Below are positions 52,001-64,000 of a DNA stretch of 64,000 bases, piece by piece. Under the pieces are notes generated by a model. It did not search any database, was not told the origin of the DNA, and was given only the letters and a program-made list of their open reading frames with translations. How positions within the stretch are numbered: the first letter of the stretch is position 1; each line of letters begins with the position of its first letter. The DNA lies in assembly GCA_951406725.2 (NCBI GenBank), contig OX597818.1, positions 102,610,001 through 102,674,000 on the forward strand, given 5' to 3'. A program made the position numbers and the translations under genes. Source of the stretch: Octopus vulgaris. Its lineage: Eukaryota.

Positions 52001-53989
52001 AAGAAAATTATGGTGTAACTGTTCTGTGATGACTTTCTTCTGCTTTAATCTATTTAGAAAACAGGAAGTGCTGTACGATGTGAAGTTTGAATGATACTCA
52101 TGAAAACAACAATTTGTGAAGGTTCTCAGGTGAGACGGTAAGCGAGGGTGATGCCGTTACTTATATAGGTATTACATAGGTATTATGTAATACCTATATA
52201 AAGGTATTACATAGTACCTATGTAATAGGTATTATGTCTTGTGTTGCTAGATTAACCTTTGTATTTCTTCATTTTTAGGGACTTTCTCGCTTCTTAACAG
52301 TTTACAAATGTCATTATTTGAATTATGCATGCAAGCTTGTTTATATATTATAAGACCAACAGACTTTAGAAAAGATTACTCTAGACGGATTTGCGTCTTT
52401 GGTTCATAAGTACGTTTCCTAATTATTGATATATAAATAAAGTGGTCTAGGATATTATTATTTTTATGTCATTATTTTTATGTCATTAGTGTTTATTACA
52501 TTTTTTTATCATATTTTGTGTCATGTATAAAAAGGTTACTACTATTGTTTTTTCTTTTTTGTGCGGGAACCGTTTATTCAAATTGATTTCTGTAGAGTTA
52601 AGGCATTGTGACTGAGACAATAGAACTTCCGTTTTTTTTCTTACTTTGTTTTATGTCGGTAAAGTGTATTTTTTCTGCATTGTTGGTAGATTTTCAATTG
52701 TGATATCTATATGGGATTTTTTATTGTAGTTCGAAGACTTTGTGAATAATATTTCTTTAAATTAAAGTGTTTTGCTCTCTGGCTTCGCACTACTTAGTCT
52801 CTGATGTTGAATGCCTAAATGGAGAGATATTTTTTAGTGTATCGAAGGTTCGCTTAACAGGCGTTCTTGCCATGATCATATCTCTTCTTTTCTTTCATAT
52901 TACATTCGATACCAAATCGGCCCTTTAGCAGAGAGAGAGGGGGGAGCATCGGATAGAAAGCATAGCAATTTCTTGTTCCAGCTCTTTGTGTTCTGAGTTC
53001 AAATCCTGTTGAGATAAGTTTTGTTTTTTATCATTTCGGGACTAACCGCCGGCCTTACCCATTTTCGTTCTGTCAGTAACATCAAAGATATTCTACAGAG
53101 TCGAGGGTTCTTGGACTGAGAAGATGTTCAAGTCTGCTCTCGACTACCTGCGACCACAATTATACGTAATGTGAGTATATTGCATGTGTAAGTATGTGAA
53201 TGTATGAATAAACGGCACTGTTTATATGTTTTGCCATTGTTATAGTGAAACATTTCCCCAAGGAACTGCCCAATGGGATCGAACGCGAAACAGCATGATT
53301 ACGAAGATTTTTAACCTTTTACTCATCACTTTGCTGTACATACACACGCGCATAGACGTACATACACACACATACATTTGTGTGTGTGTGTTTAGATTCA
53401 TGTTAATTTGAATTTGCGCTTATATTTACGCATCATTGTATGTATACATGCACGTATGCATGTATGTATGTGTCCAAGTATGAATGTATGTATGAGTGTG
53501 TATCCATGTATGCATGTATGTATGTATGGATGGATGGATGTTTGTATGCACATATATGCACGAAGATATGCATCTATATGATGAGTGGCTTCATGTGTAC
53601 ATGTTTGTGTGTAAACGTATTTTATGTATAAATATAGCAATTTTCATACATAGTATATCTCAGGCAATACCGCCTTTAGCAACTTCTGTGCAACAACCTA
53701 CTCAACGAATTCTCTATTTATATTTGCCAAGATTAAATCAGTGCAAGCTTGATTAGAAAAAATATTTCTCTAAATTCCTAAGTCTTCAATTGCTTTGAGT
53801 GATTTATCTATATTTAAATATATGTATTATGCAGAATTGCATTTCTTCCGAGAGATATGCGTGTAATTTTAAATACCATTTCATAAATGGAGGTAAAGAA
53901 CAGGGAAGGTACGTTTTAATTATTCGAATTTCGAGGCTTTATTTTTTCATACGTACTATTCTGTATTCATTGGTGGCTTTGATAAATCA

Positions 53990-54200
53990 TTTCAAGGGAA
54001 ATATTTTAGTTGAAACGTTGATTTCAAAGCTGCCAGATTCACATTTAATTATCATTAATTTCAGAATGGTAAGTGTTGGAGTACTTCCAAAATATTTTAA
54101 AATAGCTAATATCATACGAATGAACAGCTCCACGTAACAAAAAGGATGTAAGGCATACAACTTCAGTTCATATCGCAGTTCTTTAAAATTTATTCATAAT
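53990..54200 (+). mobile_element. LINE RT N-terminal remnant
   Basis: GVLPKYFKIANII...KKGCK....SSYR resembles the G.LP..WK.A.V.P..KKG....NYRP motif. Confidence 0.45.
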
Positions 54201-54425
54201 TGATGTTGTAGGAAATCCACAGTATAAGTCACGAGAATACAGAAACAAATATGATAGTATAAATATTTACAATTAGGTCTAACAAACACTACTCATTTCA
54301 TTCCTCAGTCAACTAAAATTTGCGCACCCTCCAAGTAATGTTATAGTTGTATAATATTGCACAGAATGGTACAATACGATATTGACAATGTGAGTTTAAG
54401 CAATTAAACTGATATAACAACATAG

Positions 54426-55622
54426 TATCATATCATCCCATAAGTAATGCCGTAATATCGTAGTAGGCTTTGAAAAAATTAAAAAAACGCTAGTAAGGGG
54501 CCAAGTTAGTCTACTATATATTCCCCATCTGAATTAATTGTCCTATAGAAATCAGCTGGCTTAGGAGAGAAAAACTCTTGAAAGTCTGTCACAAGTGCCT
54601 CTAAGGAATTGAATCCTTTTCAATTAATAAAATTTTGCAAGCTTCGATATAATTGATAATGCGAAGGAGAAAGGTCAGAAGAATACGGAAGATGTGGAAG
54701 CAGTTCCCAACCAAGCTCTTCGATCTTGGCACATGTAATTCTTGCACTATGAACTCTGGCATTGTCATGATAGAAAATATCACCCTTGCGATTAGTTAGA
54801 GAGCACCGTTTTCTGTAAGATTTTTATTCAAATTATCAATTTGTTCACAGTACACTCGATCTATAACTGCCTGGTTTTGTGACCAGATTTCAAAGTGTAT
54901 TACACCAAACATGTCACACTAAACGCATAACAAAACTTTCCGAGGAAGATCTTGTTTTTGATGGGATCACGTTTGTTCTCCTGGTTGAATAAAATTGACG
55001 TCGGTGTTTAACATTCTTATAAAGTATCCACTTTTCATCACCGACCAGTAGCATTGCAGATATTGACACGTTCTCTTTGATTTTTTTTCACTCAGTTCAT
55101 TTGGAAACCTCCTGACAACTTAGACACGATTCTAAGTTCTTGCAAATGGCGATGGACAATCGATGACAATGAATTATTCTCTTCTGGTGACTCTTCAACT
55201 ATTGCATATGGATTTCTTCAAGTAGCAATTTTTAACATATCATTGTCAAAATAGAGGGTACACAGAGTGCCAGGCATCTTTCAAGCTAAAGTGGACTTGT
55301 ACAACATTACGGAACATCCAAAACACCTTCCTCATACACTTCTCACACACTTTTTACGGCATTTGTTTCTTCGTTGCCTATTTTTATACTCGTAAACAAT
55401 GGTGTGTCTAATGTGCTCTTTTGTAACCTCCTTTTTCATGGAGGTGTTATTCAAGTAACAAATTTCTATTTGTGTGTTCTGAAAGCCAGAATCTATCTAA
55501 CTGGAGCGTTTCTCCCTCTGTTATATTTATGCACCCGTAAAAACAATCTTGTTTAAACATGTTAGAGCATGTTTCAACCAGTACAGTCTGAAAAATGACA
55601 ATATTTATGAGATGACCTGATA
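54426..55622 (-). mobile_element. Near-full-length decayed mariner (DD34D-type) with both TIRs
   Basis: VGDEKWILYKN, IFYHDNARVH and PYSSDLSPSHYQLYRSLQN occur in order. TIRs TATCATATCATCCCATAAGT / ATTTATGAGATGACCTGATA; ~1.2 kb. Confidence 0.8.
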
Positions 55623-56426
55623 CTATGGATGTAAATCATGCACCAGTGTTCGTATTTCATGAATAAAATAGAAAAGGGACGTTAAACCATAGGCAAGCAC
55701 TATAGAAAGGTTGACGAAGTTGGGCGTCAAGGGTAAAAAACTGCATCATGCTAAACATTAAGATATTTTAGATTTTGTATTTAATTCATATAATCTCTTT
55801 TAAAATTCTAACTTTTAGAGTGTTGAGAGCTGATAAGAGAGTAGACGTTTCTGTTAGCATATAGCTTTAAATATTATAGCAGCCCTTTAAAAGATTTCAA
55901 AATTTCTTATTCACTCTTTCTACAAGTTGAAACCCACAAAAGAAAAATCTGCTTGTGCAAGAATCACCGTTTTCAGAACGTTATTCACAAAGCCTCAAAA
56001 TTTCTTTTGTTTTACTTTTAGATCTAACCTATTCAGATCCGAGAAGACTCGGTTTCTAACAATGCACCAACACAGCTCTTACTCTCTACATATTCATTCA
56101 ACGTTATCGTGAAACCGCTTTAGACGGAAGCCGTTTAATTATAAGCCCTTCGCATACTAAAAATAGTCCTTCAATTATAAATTCCGGCATCTTTCTTCGT
56201 AGATTCGCATTTCTTCTCTCTGCAACATAGCAGTTAAGACTACATATTTATTTGAAATTATTTTAGTCACATGTCTATATCTTAAAACTTCAGACAGCTA
56301 TCACCGTCAATATTATAGTTCATGCCATATCATGTGACAGGAAGTTTACTTGGATGGTAAACAAAAACATTTCATTAAGGAGCGCTGCTTATGATGTTGA
56401 ACGAACATAAGGAAAGATATTTATGT

Positions 56427-56678
56427 GGAGGCACATATCCTAGTGGTTAGAGCAGCGGACTCACTGTCGAGTGATCGCGGGTTCGAGTCTCAAACCGAGT
56501 GATGTGTGTGTTTATGATCAAAATCACCTAAGCTCCACGCGGCTCCGGCAGAAGGTAACGGTGAACTCCTGCTGACTCTTTCGCCACAACTTTCTCTCAC
56601 TCTTTCCTCCTGCATCTTGCAGCTCACCTACGACGGACCGGCGTCCTGTCCAGGTGGGGAACCTATACGCCAAGGAAC
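56427..56678 (+). mobile_element. Family-A tRNA-derived SINE
   Basis: A box CCTAGTGGTTAG, B box GGTTCGAGTCTC; body shared with 63442. Confidence 0.85.
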
Positions 56679-57722
56679 AAACAAAAAAGATGTTTATGCC
56701 ATCGTATTTGTTTGGGGTCTATATTGCTTCTTTCTAATTTTCTAGATTTTGTCTGACAACATTTATGTAAAAAACATTTTTAGACTAAGATATGAACTAT
56801 AATTTCTGTCTTGCTACCTTTCCATTGCATACAGACATCGTTCGTACCAGTTAAACCAATAAACATTATTATGAGAAATTGCAAACCATTATTCGTATAA
56901 GTTTTGGTGATAATATACATTGTTGCATATGTTGAACGAATAGAAATTCTTACCAGTCTGAAAGCAATATTGATTTAACGAGAATCTTATTCCGAATATA
57001 TGCAGTTTGTGTCCATATTGCACTGTGAACCGAAAAAACGTAGCGTTCTATGAATTAGCTGCGCATACGCATTGCTGTATGAAACTAACTTTATCTTTAT
57101 ACTGTACAGTTCTAAAAATCATTGACCACGTTGTTTATTTTGATAGGCTATAGAAAGTTTCCTTATGCTTCGGTACATCTGAGAGAAAGAGAGAGAGAGA
57201 GAGAGCTAGCACCGCCGTGATTTACCACAGGTTTTAGCCTATAATTTGATGAAATTTTACCACATTTATCATCAAATGCCGTCCCTACTTTTGATTTCTC
57301 AGAGCACTGAAGTTGCAAAGCATCATGAAGAATCTTATGCACATGCCGTAATCTACATTTTGGTATCATTAGAAAGGTAATGAAAAACAAATTGTCGAAC
57401 ATTTAATTTATTTCAAGGACATTTGGTGAAAACTAACAACTGTTACTTCGGCCATAAATGGCAGTATAAATTAGGATCATCCTCCTTTTCAGTAAAATAA
57501 ATTGGATGCACCTTGAATGTTCAAAGTACGTTTGTCTTTTTTTGCTGCCTCATTCATGCAACACTATCACAAGAATATCCGATGAAAATTTGAAGTTCAT
57601 AGCTTATTGGTTTTGAGAATTATACTAATTTTTCTGTCAGAATGTAAATTCAGAAAATGAAGGTCATATTCAAAGAAAATGCTTGTATGTGTACGTAATT
57701 TGTAAACATAATTTGTAGTCGA

Positions 57723-57915
57723 AGGAGTGGCTGTGTGGTAAGTAGCTTGCCAATCACATTGCCCCGGATTCAGTCCTCCTGCGTGGCACTTTGGGCAAAT
57801 GTCTCCTACTATAGGCTCGTCCCGACCAAAGCCTTGTGAGTGGATTTGGTAGACGGAAACTGAAAGAAACCCGTCGCATATATGCATATATATATATGTG
57901 TGTTTTGTGTGTGTA

Positions 57916-57947
<32 letters not shown>

Positions 57948-58158
57948 TGTGTGTGTTTGTGTGTCTGTGCTTGTCCCCACAACATCACTTCAGAACCGAT
58001 GGTAGTGTGTTTACGACCCCGTAACTTAGCGGTTCGGCAAAAGAGACAGATAGAATAAGTACTAGGCTTACAAAGAATAAGTCCTGTGTTAGACTACTAA
58101 AGGTGGTGCTCCAGCATGGCCACAGTCAAATGACTGAAACAAGTGAAAGAGTAAAAGA
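57723..58158 (+). mobile_element. Family-B SINE, full length
   Basis: Head, body, microsatellite, and tail ending TGACTGAAACAAGTGAAAGAG. Confidence 0.9.
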
Positions 58159-58404
58159 GATATACAATTCTAAATAATGTGTTTATATTATAAATGCTTA
58201 CAATATATCTATCTGTTGATGCATATACACACACACACTTCAGTTCAAGAACGGTCGAAAAAAGACAAGGACCAGGAGAAAAGAAAACTCCTGAGATAAT
58301 CTTGTCCACTGCGTCTACCGCGATTGTGGTATCAGTATCAAAACATCAGCATTTCGTATATTATTTACATTCGACAGATATTTGCCTTCCTTTTGTTTGT
58401 TATT

Positions 58405-58450
58405 AATACAAGGTTTCGGCTGATATACCCTCCAGCCTTCTTCAGGTGTC
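58405..58450 (-). ncRNA. Minimal hammerhead (left arm)
   Basis: GACAC-CTGAAGA-A-GGCTG...CAGCC-GAAA-CC-TT-GTATT. Core is intact; the loop III palindrome is mutated. Confidence 0.65.
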
Positions 58451-58718
58451 TTGGGGAAATTTCGAACCTGGGTTCACATTCCTAAGATATTTTTCGATGT
58501 TATTATTATTAGTATTATTATTAAATATGGCGTAGTGGTTAAGAGCGCGGGCTACTAACACCAAGATTCCGAGTTCGATTCCAAGCAGAGACCTGAACAA
58601 CATCAACAACAACAACAACAATAACAACAACAACAACTACAACAATAATAATTATAATAATAATAATAACATCGAAAAATACCTTAGAAATGAGAACCCA
58701 GGTTCGAAATGTCCCCAA

Positions 58719-58764
58719 GACACCTGAAAAAGACTGGAGAGTATATCAGCCGAAACGTTGTGTT
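58719..58764 (+). ncRNA. Minimal hammerhead (right arm)
   Basis: GACAC-CTGAAAA-A-GACTG...CAGCC-GAAA-CG-TT-GTGTT. The ACGT palindrome is intact; core G8 is replaced by A. Confidence 0.6.
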
Positions 58765-61043
58765 AACAACAAACAAGATGAAAACAAATATCCCTCGAAT
58801 ATAAATAAGGTAAATAATGTAAATAATGTTGAAAATTCCTCATCTCTTACATATAGAACTGTATTATCAGCATTTCGTGTTAAACTTCTCAACTTGGCAT
58901 CATCGGTTGCTTTCTCAGCCTCGGCATAGTTTCTGATGAATCCAGTGATTGTTGCTATGAAACTATGCGTCAGGAACAGCTTCACAAAGACTATGAGCCG
59001 CGTCCTGTCATTTACATTGGCAAGGTTTTCGTGTTCAGGTCGAAATCGATGTTTGACAGCTTCATCGCCATCAACGTCACTTCATTCTTGTCCACAGACT
59101 ACTTCCACTACATTCAACTATGTCCCTGTGCCCCGTTGATGCCGCCACTGGACTCTGGAACTGCTAACTCGGATTTGTCCATAGAAGCTTCGTTGTCCCC
59201 ATCAGAGTTTGGGTTTTAATTCAAATTTACTGCCCATTTCGTCACCAGTCGATTTACAAACTATCGCAAAATCATCATCGTTGTTTAAATCCAATCTTTC
59301 CAGTAATAGAGCGTGCCGAGAATATTGTACTGTTATCAAAAACGATGGTTAGATGTTATGTGCGTACTGTGAAACAGCGATCTGAAACAATATGGTGCAT
59401 GCGTTCGGTCGATCTAGGAATCTTTCTTTATCATTTATCCAGGGCCCCTTTTCCGAATGAAATCGGATCTTTTAGTAAAAACAAGGTGGTATCGTGTATC
59501 ATATACTATAATTCGGCAACGCTGTTGCGACATCACAGTTCGCTCGTGCACGTGAAACAGCGAATGCATTGGCATGTTGAAAAAAAAACTGGACACTGTG
59601 CACGCGTCGATCGCACCACGTTTTCCAGCTTATTGCCCGTTGCAGTTCATGGGTTAATATGGAGAGTTTGCATTCAAACAGCGCATCACAGCACTGCAAG
59701 TCAGCTTAACCAGAAATTTTACACGAGAATAACATAATAAGCAGAAAATATTAAGCTTATTTGACAGACATTCGAATGATATATTGCTCACGTTCTTCTT
59801 CGTAATTCCAGAACAACGTGAATTAACATTAGTCCTGCCAGATTGCATCAATGTAGCTCTTCAGCTCGACAAGATCTCCTAAATGAAATTCTATCCTAAT
59901 TTATGAAACCACTTTAGTCAATCTGAAAGCGTCCTGTATATATAGACGCAGTATATGAAAAAGAAAGTGAGAGAAACAAAGATCTTATTCGAGAATATTT
60001 CAAAATCATTCTTGCATCCATTTGACTATGTCTTTTCGTTGGTAAACCTCCAAGAATCAAGTCATTACGGGCAATGTCCCATCTCTTAGGAGCAAATTAG
60101 CAATAAATCAAAATGAAGTGTATTAGTCTAGCAACGCTACTATTATTTTCTAACAGTCGATGTCTTTATTTATCAACGAAATTGACAGTCAAAGAAACCA
60201 TATTCTGCCTCCTGACAGTAGTAATTAATGTTACAGTAAGTAGATAAGTCATTTTATGTAATTAATATAGTTAAGAAAAGCGTGTTTATATCAAGTGTAG
60301 AGTAAATATGCGCCATACTTTTACTGCTGGAGTATCAAATTCTTTTCCTCTCTTTTTCGCTGTTTACGAAGTTCTGCCGTTCCTTAATCTTACATTAGTT
60401 TCCTTCTCTTTCTCATTTCTTGCCTAGTTCTATATATTTGTATCCACATTTAATCTATTTTCTTTTTATTATCAACACTTGTAATTACCTTATACAATAC
60501 ATACACGTACAAACACGCATGTGTAAAGCATAAGCATATATATACACACACGAATACTCACACACGCGTTCAAGCACAAAAAAACACTCACACATATACA
60601 CACGCATATATATGCACTTACATGCGTGTTTATCTACATGTGTGTATGTGTGTATACTTGTGTGTGCATCGTTCATATTAGAAAATCGTTGCGTATGTAG
60701 AGATATGTAATTTGTGAGTGACATGACAGAATAGAATAAGGAAACACTGCCAGTAATAGTCATACAATTTACAGAAATAACGCAATATCGAACAAAACAC
60801 CAGAATATCCATGCCTAGCGCTGCCAAATGAGTACTTAAGTTGTCATAATGTTTACAGCAATTTGTCAAGATAGTTTCGCTCGCAGATATTTTTAAATTA
60901 TTTCCACGTAGGCTTTAGTCAGTTTTGTAAACCATAACACAATATTAATGGTGATGATAAAAATAAAGATGATGTTGATAATGACGTGGACGATGATGAT
61001 GATGACGACCACGACAACGACGACGATGATAATGATGATGATA

Positions 61044-61074
<31 letters not shown>

Positions 61075-61440
61075 CGACGACTATGACGACGACAGCGACG
61101 ACAAAAGATTCATATTTTGCCAAAAGGGTAACAAAATGCGCTATACATTACAATGACGCTTTGCTAGAACAGTGTAAAGGATTTTTCATCGAATATAAAA
61201 ATGGAACAAACGCGGTGAAAACAAATAAAAAATATATATATATAAAAAGAAACATGAGCATGTATAATAAATTCAAAGGCGTTTAACAGTGTTTTATTTC
61301 AATATAATACAGTGTACATCGATAAATTTTAGGTATTATTCTACGTTATTTATTACCCGAGCTAGCTGCCAAAATGATATGATATACGTATCCTAGTTGC
61401 TTAAGTCTCATCTAATTGCTGGGTAATATTTCAGTCTAAT

Positions 61441-62038
61441 GCAGCGAGCTGGAGGAAACGTTAGCACGCCGGGCGAAATGCTTAGCGGTATTTCGTCAGT
61501 TCAAATTCCGCCGAGGTCGACTTGCCTTTCATCCTTTCGGGATCGATAAATTAAGTACCAGTTACGCACTGGCGTCGATATAATCGACTTAATCCGTTTG
61601 TCTGTCCTTGTTTGTCCTCTCTGTGTTTAGCCCCTTGTGGGTAGTAAAGAAAGAGAAATAGGTATTTCGCCTGTCTTTGCGTTCTGAGTTGAAATTCCGC
61701 CGAGGTTGACTTTGCCTTTCATCCTTTCGGGGTTGATAAATTAAGTACCAGTTACGCACTGCTGTCGATATAATCGACTTAATCCGTTTGTCTGTCCTTG
61801 TTTATCCCCTCTGTGTTTAGCCCCTTGTGGGCAGTAAAGAAATAGGTATTTCGTCTGTCTTTGCGTTCTGAGTTCAAATTTCGCCGAGGTCGATTTTGCC
61901 TTACATCCTTTTCGGGGCCGATAAATTAAGTACTAGTTGCTTACTGGGGTCGATCTAATCGACTGACCCCCGACCTCGAGGTCGATAAAGTAAGTACCAG
62001 AAGTGGACTTTCAGACCTTGTGCCTAGAGTAGAAAAGA
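61441..62038 (+). mobile_element. Family-C SINE tandem array (~3 units)
   Basis: Single head GCGAGCTGGAGGAAACGTTAGCACGCCGGGCG, then body repeats restarting at GGTATTTCG. Confidence 0.9.
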
Positions 62039-62195
62039 ATATTTCAGTCTCTCTGAAGACAGATATAGAAGATACCCATTTGGTTATGAACTCCCAACAA
62101 ATGACTGAAACTACTTCAGCCGATCACCGGAACCTAAATTTTATATGACACAGAGTAGTTATAAAGAGTTAATGAAAACTTATCCTTATAGGTTC

Positions 62196-62620
62196 AGGCG
62201 TGGGTGTGTGGTAAGTAGTTTCCTTTCCAATCACATGGTTTAGAGTTTTTCGGATTTCCTGTTTACTGGGAAAATTTCTTCTACAATAGACTCGGGCCAA
62301 CCAAAGCCTCGTGAGTGGATTTGATATACGAAAACAAAGAAACCCGTCGTATACATATGTGTGTATTCGTTTGTGTATGTACGCATATATTTATGTGCGC
62401 TTTACTTGGTGTTTATATTTACCCCTTACCACCATCACCACTACTTGAAAACCGGTGCAGGTTTGTTTACGTCTCAGTAGATCAACGGGCCGGCAAATCA
62501 TATCGACACAATAAGTGCCTTGCTAAAAAGGAATTAAGTACTGCGGTTGATCTCTTCGCAGGACGGCCTTGAAGTACGGCCTGAATATGGCCGTACTCCA
62601 ATGACTGAAAAAAGCATAAA
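62196..62620 (+). mobile_element. Family-B SINE, diverged
   Basis: GGCGTGGGTGTGTGGTAAGTAG...CTCGGGCCAACCAAAGCC.CGTGAGTGGATTTG...ATGACTGAAA. Confidence 0.8.
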
Positions 62621-63441
62621 ATAACGTTAAAAGATATTCTATCGTAAATAATAGCAATGTAAAAACCAAAGAAACGTGACCGTTACCTAAATCAATATAA
62701 GGCAGCCTTCAAACCATTTAATGTTCTTCCTACTAGGAAATAAGACACGAAAATTGCTGTCTTCTAGCTATAACAGGCCGTCCACCTCCGCCTAGTTATA
62801 GCAAATACGCTGGAGAATAACACTTTTCTCTCTACTTTAGTCCTACAATTTCGCACTAATGAACGAGAAATTCCTCAAGATTTAAAACAGTAGAGATTTC
62901 AAAGAGGTGAACAGGATAAAATAGGCATCATCATTTTCTTTCATGCCTACATATTGCGCATATCTCAGATTTAAAATTACGGTAGATATCCTGTTCTTCT
63001 GAATGCTTCAATACGTCTCAATTTTCAGTTGAATATAAATCGTAATTTTGTTATATATCTTTATGCATTGGATATTGAATGTAATTCGAGTAGCTTACAA
63101 TCCTAAATGAAATATATCAGTAAATCTTCACGAAGTGTCGTCTTTCTCTGTTCTTGTATGTTGTTCCAATTGTATATTTTAAATTTTGTTCTGCAAGTAT
63201 TGCTCGAATGAAAAGATTCTTCATAGGCAATTCTATGAGAAATATTTGCCTCTTTGTATCTCTATATTTTCATTAGGATGAAGTATCGTCAGTATTACTA
63301 CGGTTAAATAGTATGGCAGATAATATTTGTCGGTTTTAAAATAAGTAATCCGGATTTCGTGTGACGTTCAAGCGAGTAATTCTCATGAGTATAATTACTG
63401 ATACAGCAAATATACTGTAGGTATCACTAGACGAATTTGAT

Positions 63442-63672
63442 GGAGGCACATGGCCTAGTGGTTAGCGCAGCGGACTCGCGGTCGAAGGATCACGGGTTCG
63501 AATCTCAGACCGGGCGATGGGTATGTTTATGAGCGAAACACCTAAGCCCCACACGGCTCCGGCAGAAGGTAATGGCGAACTTCTACTGATTCTTTCGCCA
63601 CAAATTTCTCTCACTCTTTCCTCCTGCATCTTACAGCTCACCTACAATGAACGGGCGTCCCGTCCCGGTGTG
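63442..63672 (+). mobile_element. Family-A tRNA-derived SINE
   Basis: TGGCCTAGTGGTTAG / GGTTCGAATCTC; body colinear with 56427-56678. Confidence 0.85.
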
Positions 63673-64000
63673 GAACAAGGAAACCGGTAGACTAGATTCA
63701 TACGGTAGGAAGCCATTTTATCTTCGACTTCATTTTTCACAAAATCGACCAGTGGGTGAATTTTTGATTATCCGTTTTGTTGTTGATTTTCCTTTGCGCA
63801 ACATTTCAGTTCAGATATCCTATATCATCGAAGTAATCATGCTTCTGATGGCACACCAGTTAGAAACTTTTCTTTATTTTAGAAATATATAACAACATTT
63901 CTCCATGTTTGTATACCAGTATGTATGCATACATATATGCATTTATCAACAAGCCTAATATAGCAGACATATATGAATATAGTTACATATTTTTAGACAC

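Larger units (their letters stand above)
58358..58865 (+). mobile_element. tRNA-headed, hammerhead-tailed element with a 5' inverted tail copy and a 13-bp TSD
   Basis: TSD ATCAGCATTTCGT at 58345-58357 and 58866-58878. Inverted arms 58360-58502 / 58667-58808. A box TGGCGTAGTGG and B box GAGTTCGATTCC between the arms. Confidence 0.85.
58240..59940 (-). mobile_element. Decayed mariner-like element, interrupted by the 58358-58865 insertion
   Basis: IVSDRCFTVR (DRRITVR-like), RLVTKWAVNL (WVPHL-like), DGDE, and AKLRSLTR..FDTD continuing across the insertion; TIR-like TATACAGGACG at the 59940 end. Confidence 0.5.

Noticed and set aside
56427-56500. tRNA genes (also 1411, 24340-24412, 58527, 63442)
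   Set aside because: A and B boxes are present, but the acceptor stems are poor and each runs into a shared repeat body, so they are SINE heads.

Overview
AT-rich, microsatellite-dense, apparently gene-free eukaryotic DNA. The SINE and microsatellite landscape suggests a cephalopod such as Octopus, but that is inference. No host protein-coding exon could be supported, and nearly all ORF-track entries are simple-repeat artefacts. The window is a transposon graveyard. It holds a long, disrupted Penelope-like element (RT + Cys linker + GIY-YIG, ~9.9-15.1 kb) and an RTE LINE 3' end with twin-priming inversion geometry and a captured local DNA segment. It also holds four R4/Dong-like REL-endonuclease 3' ends, all in (TAA)n, a gag/CCHC ORF1 remnant, and mariner, hAT, MITE and Helitron-like remnants. 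At least four tRNA-derived SINE families are present, plus a U6 pseudogene fused to a SINE. The most interesting signal is a set of minimal type-I hammerhead ribozyme motifs. These include a ~508-bp unit bounded by a 13-bp target-site duplication (58358-58865), in which a tRNA-like Pol III head is flanked by two inverted hammerhead-bearing arms: a candidate Penelope-mobilised, ribozyme-carrying SINE. All alignments and folds were done by eye; no database search was run.
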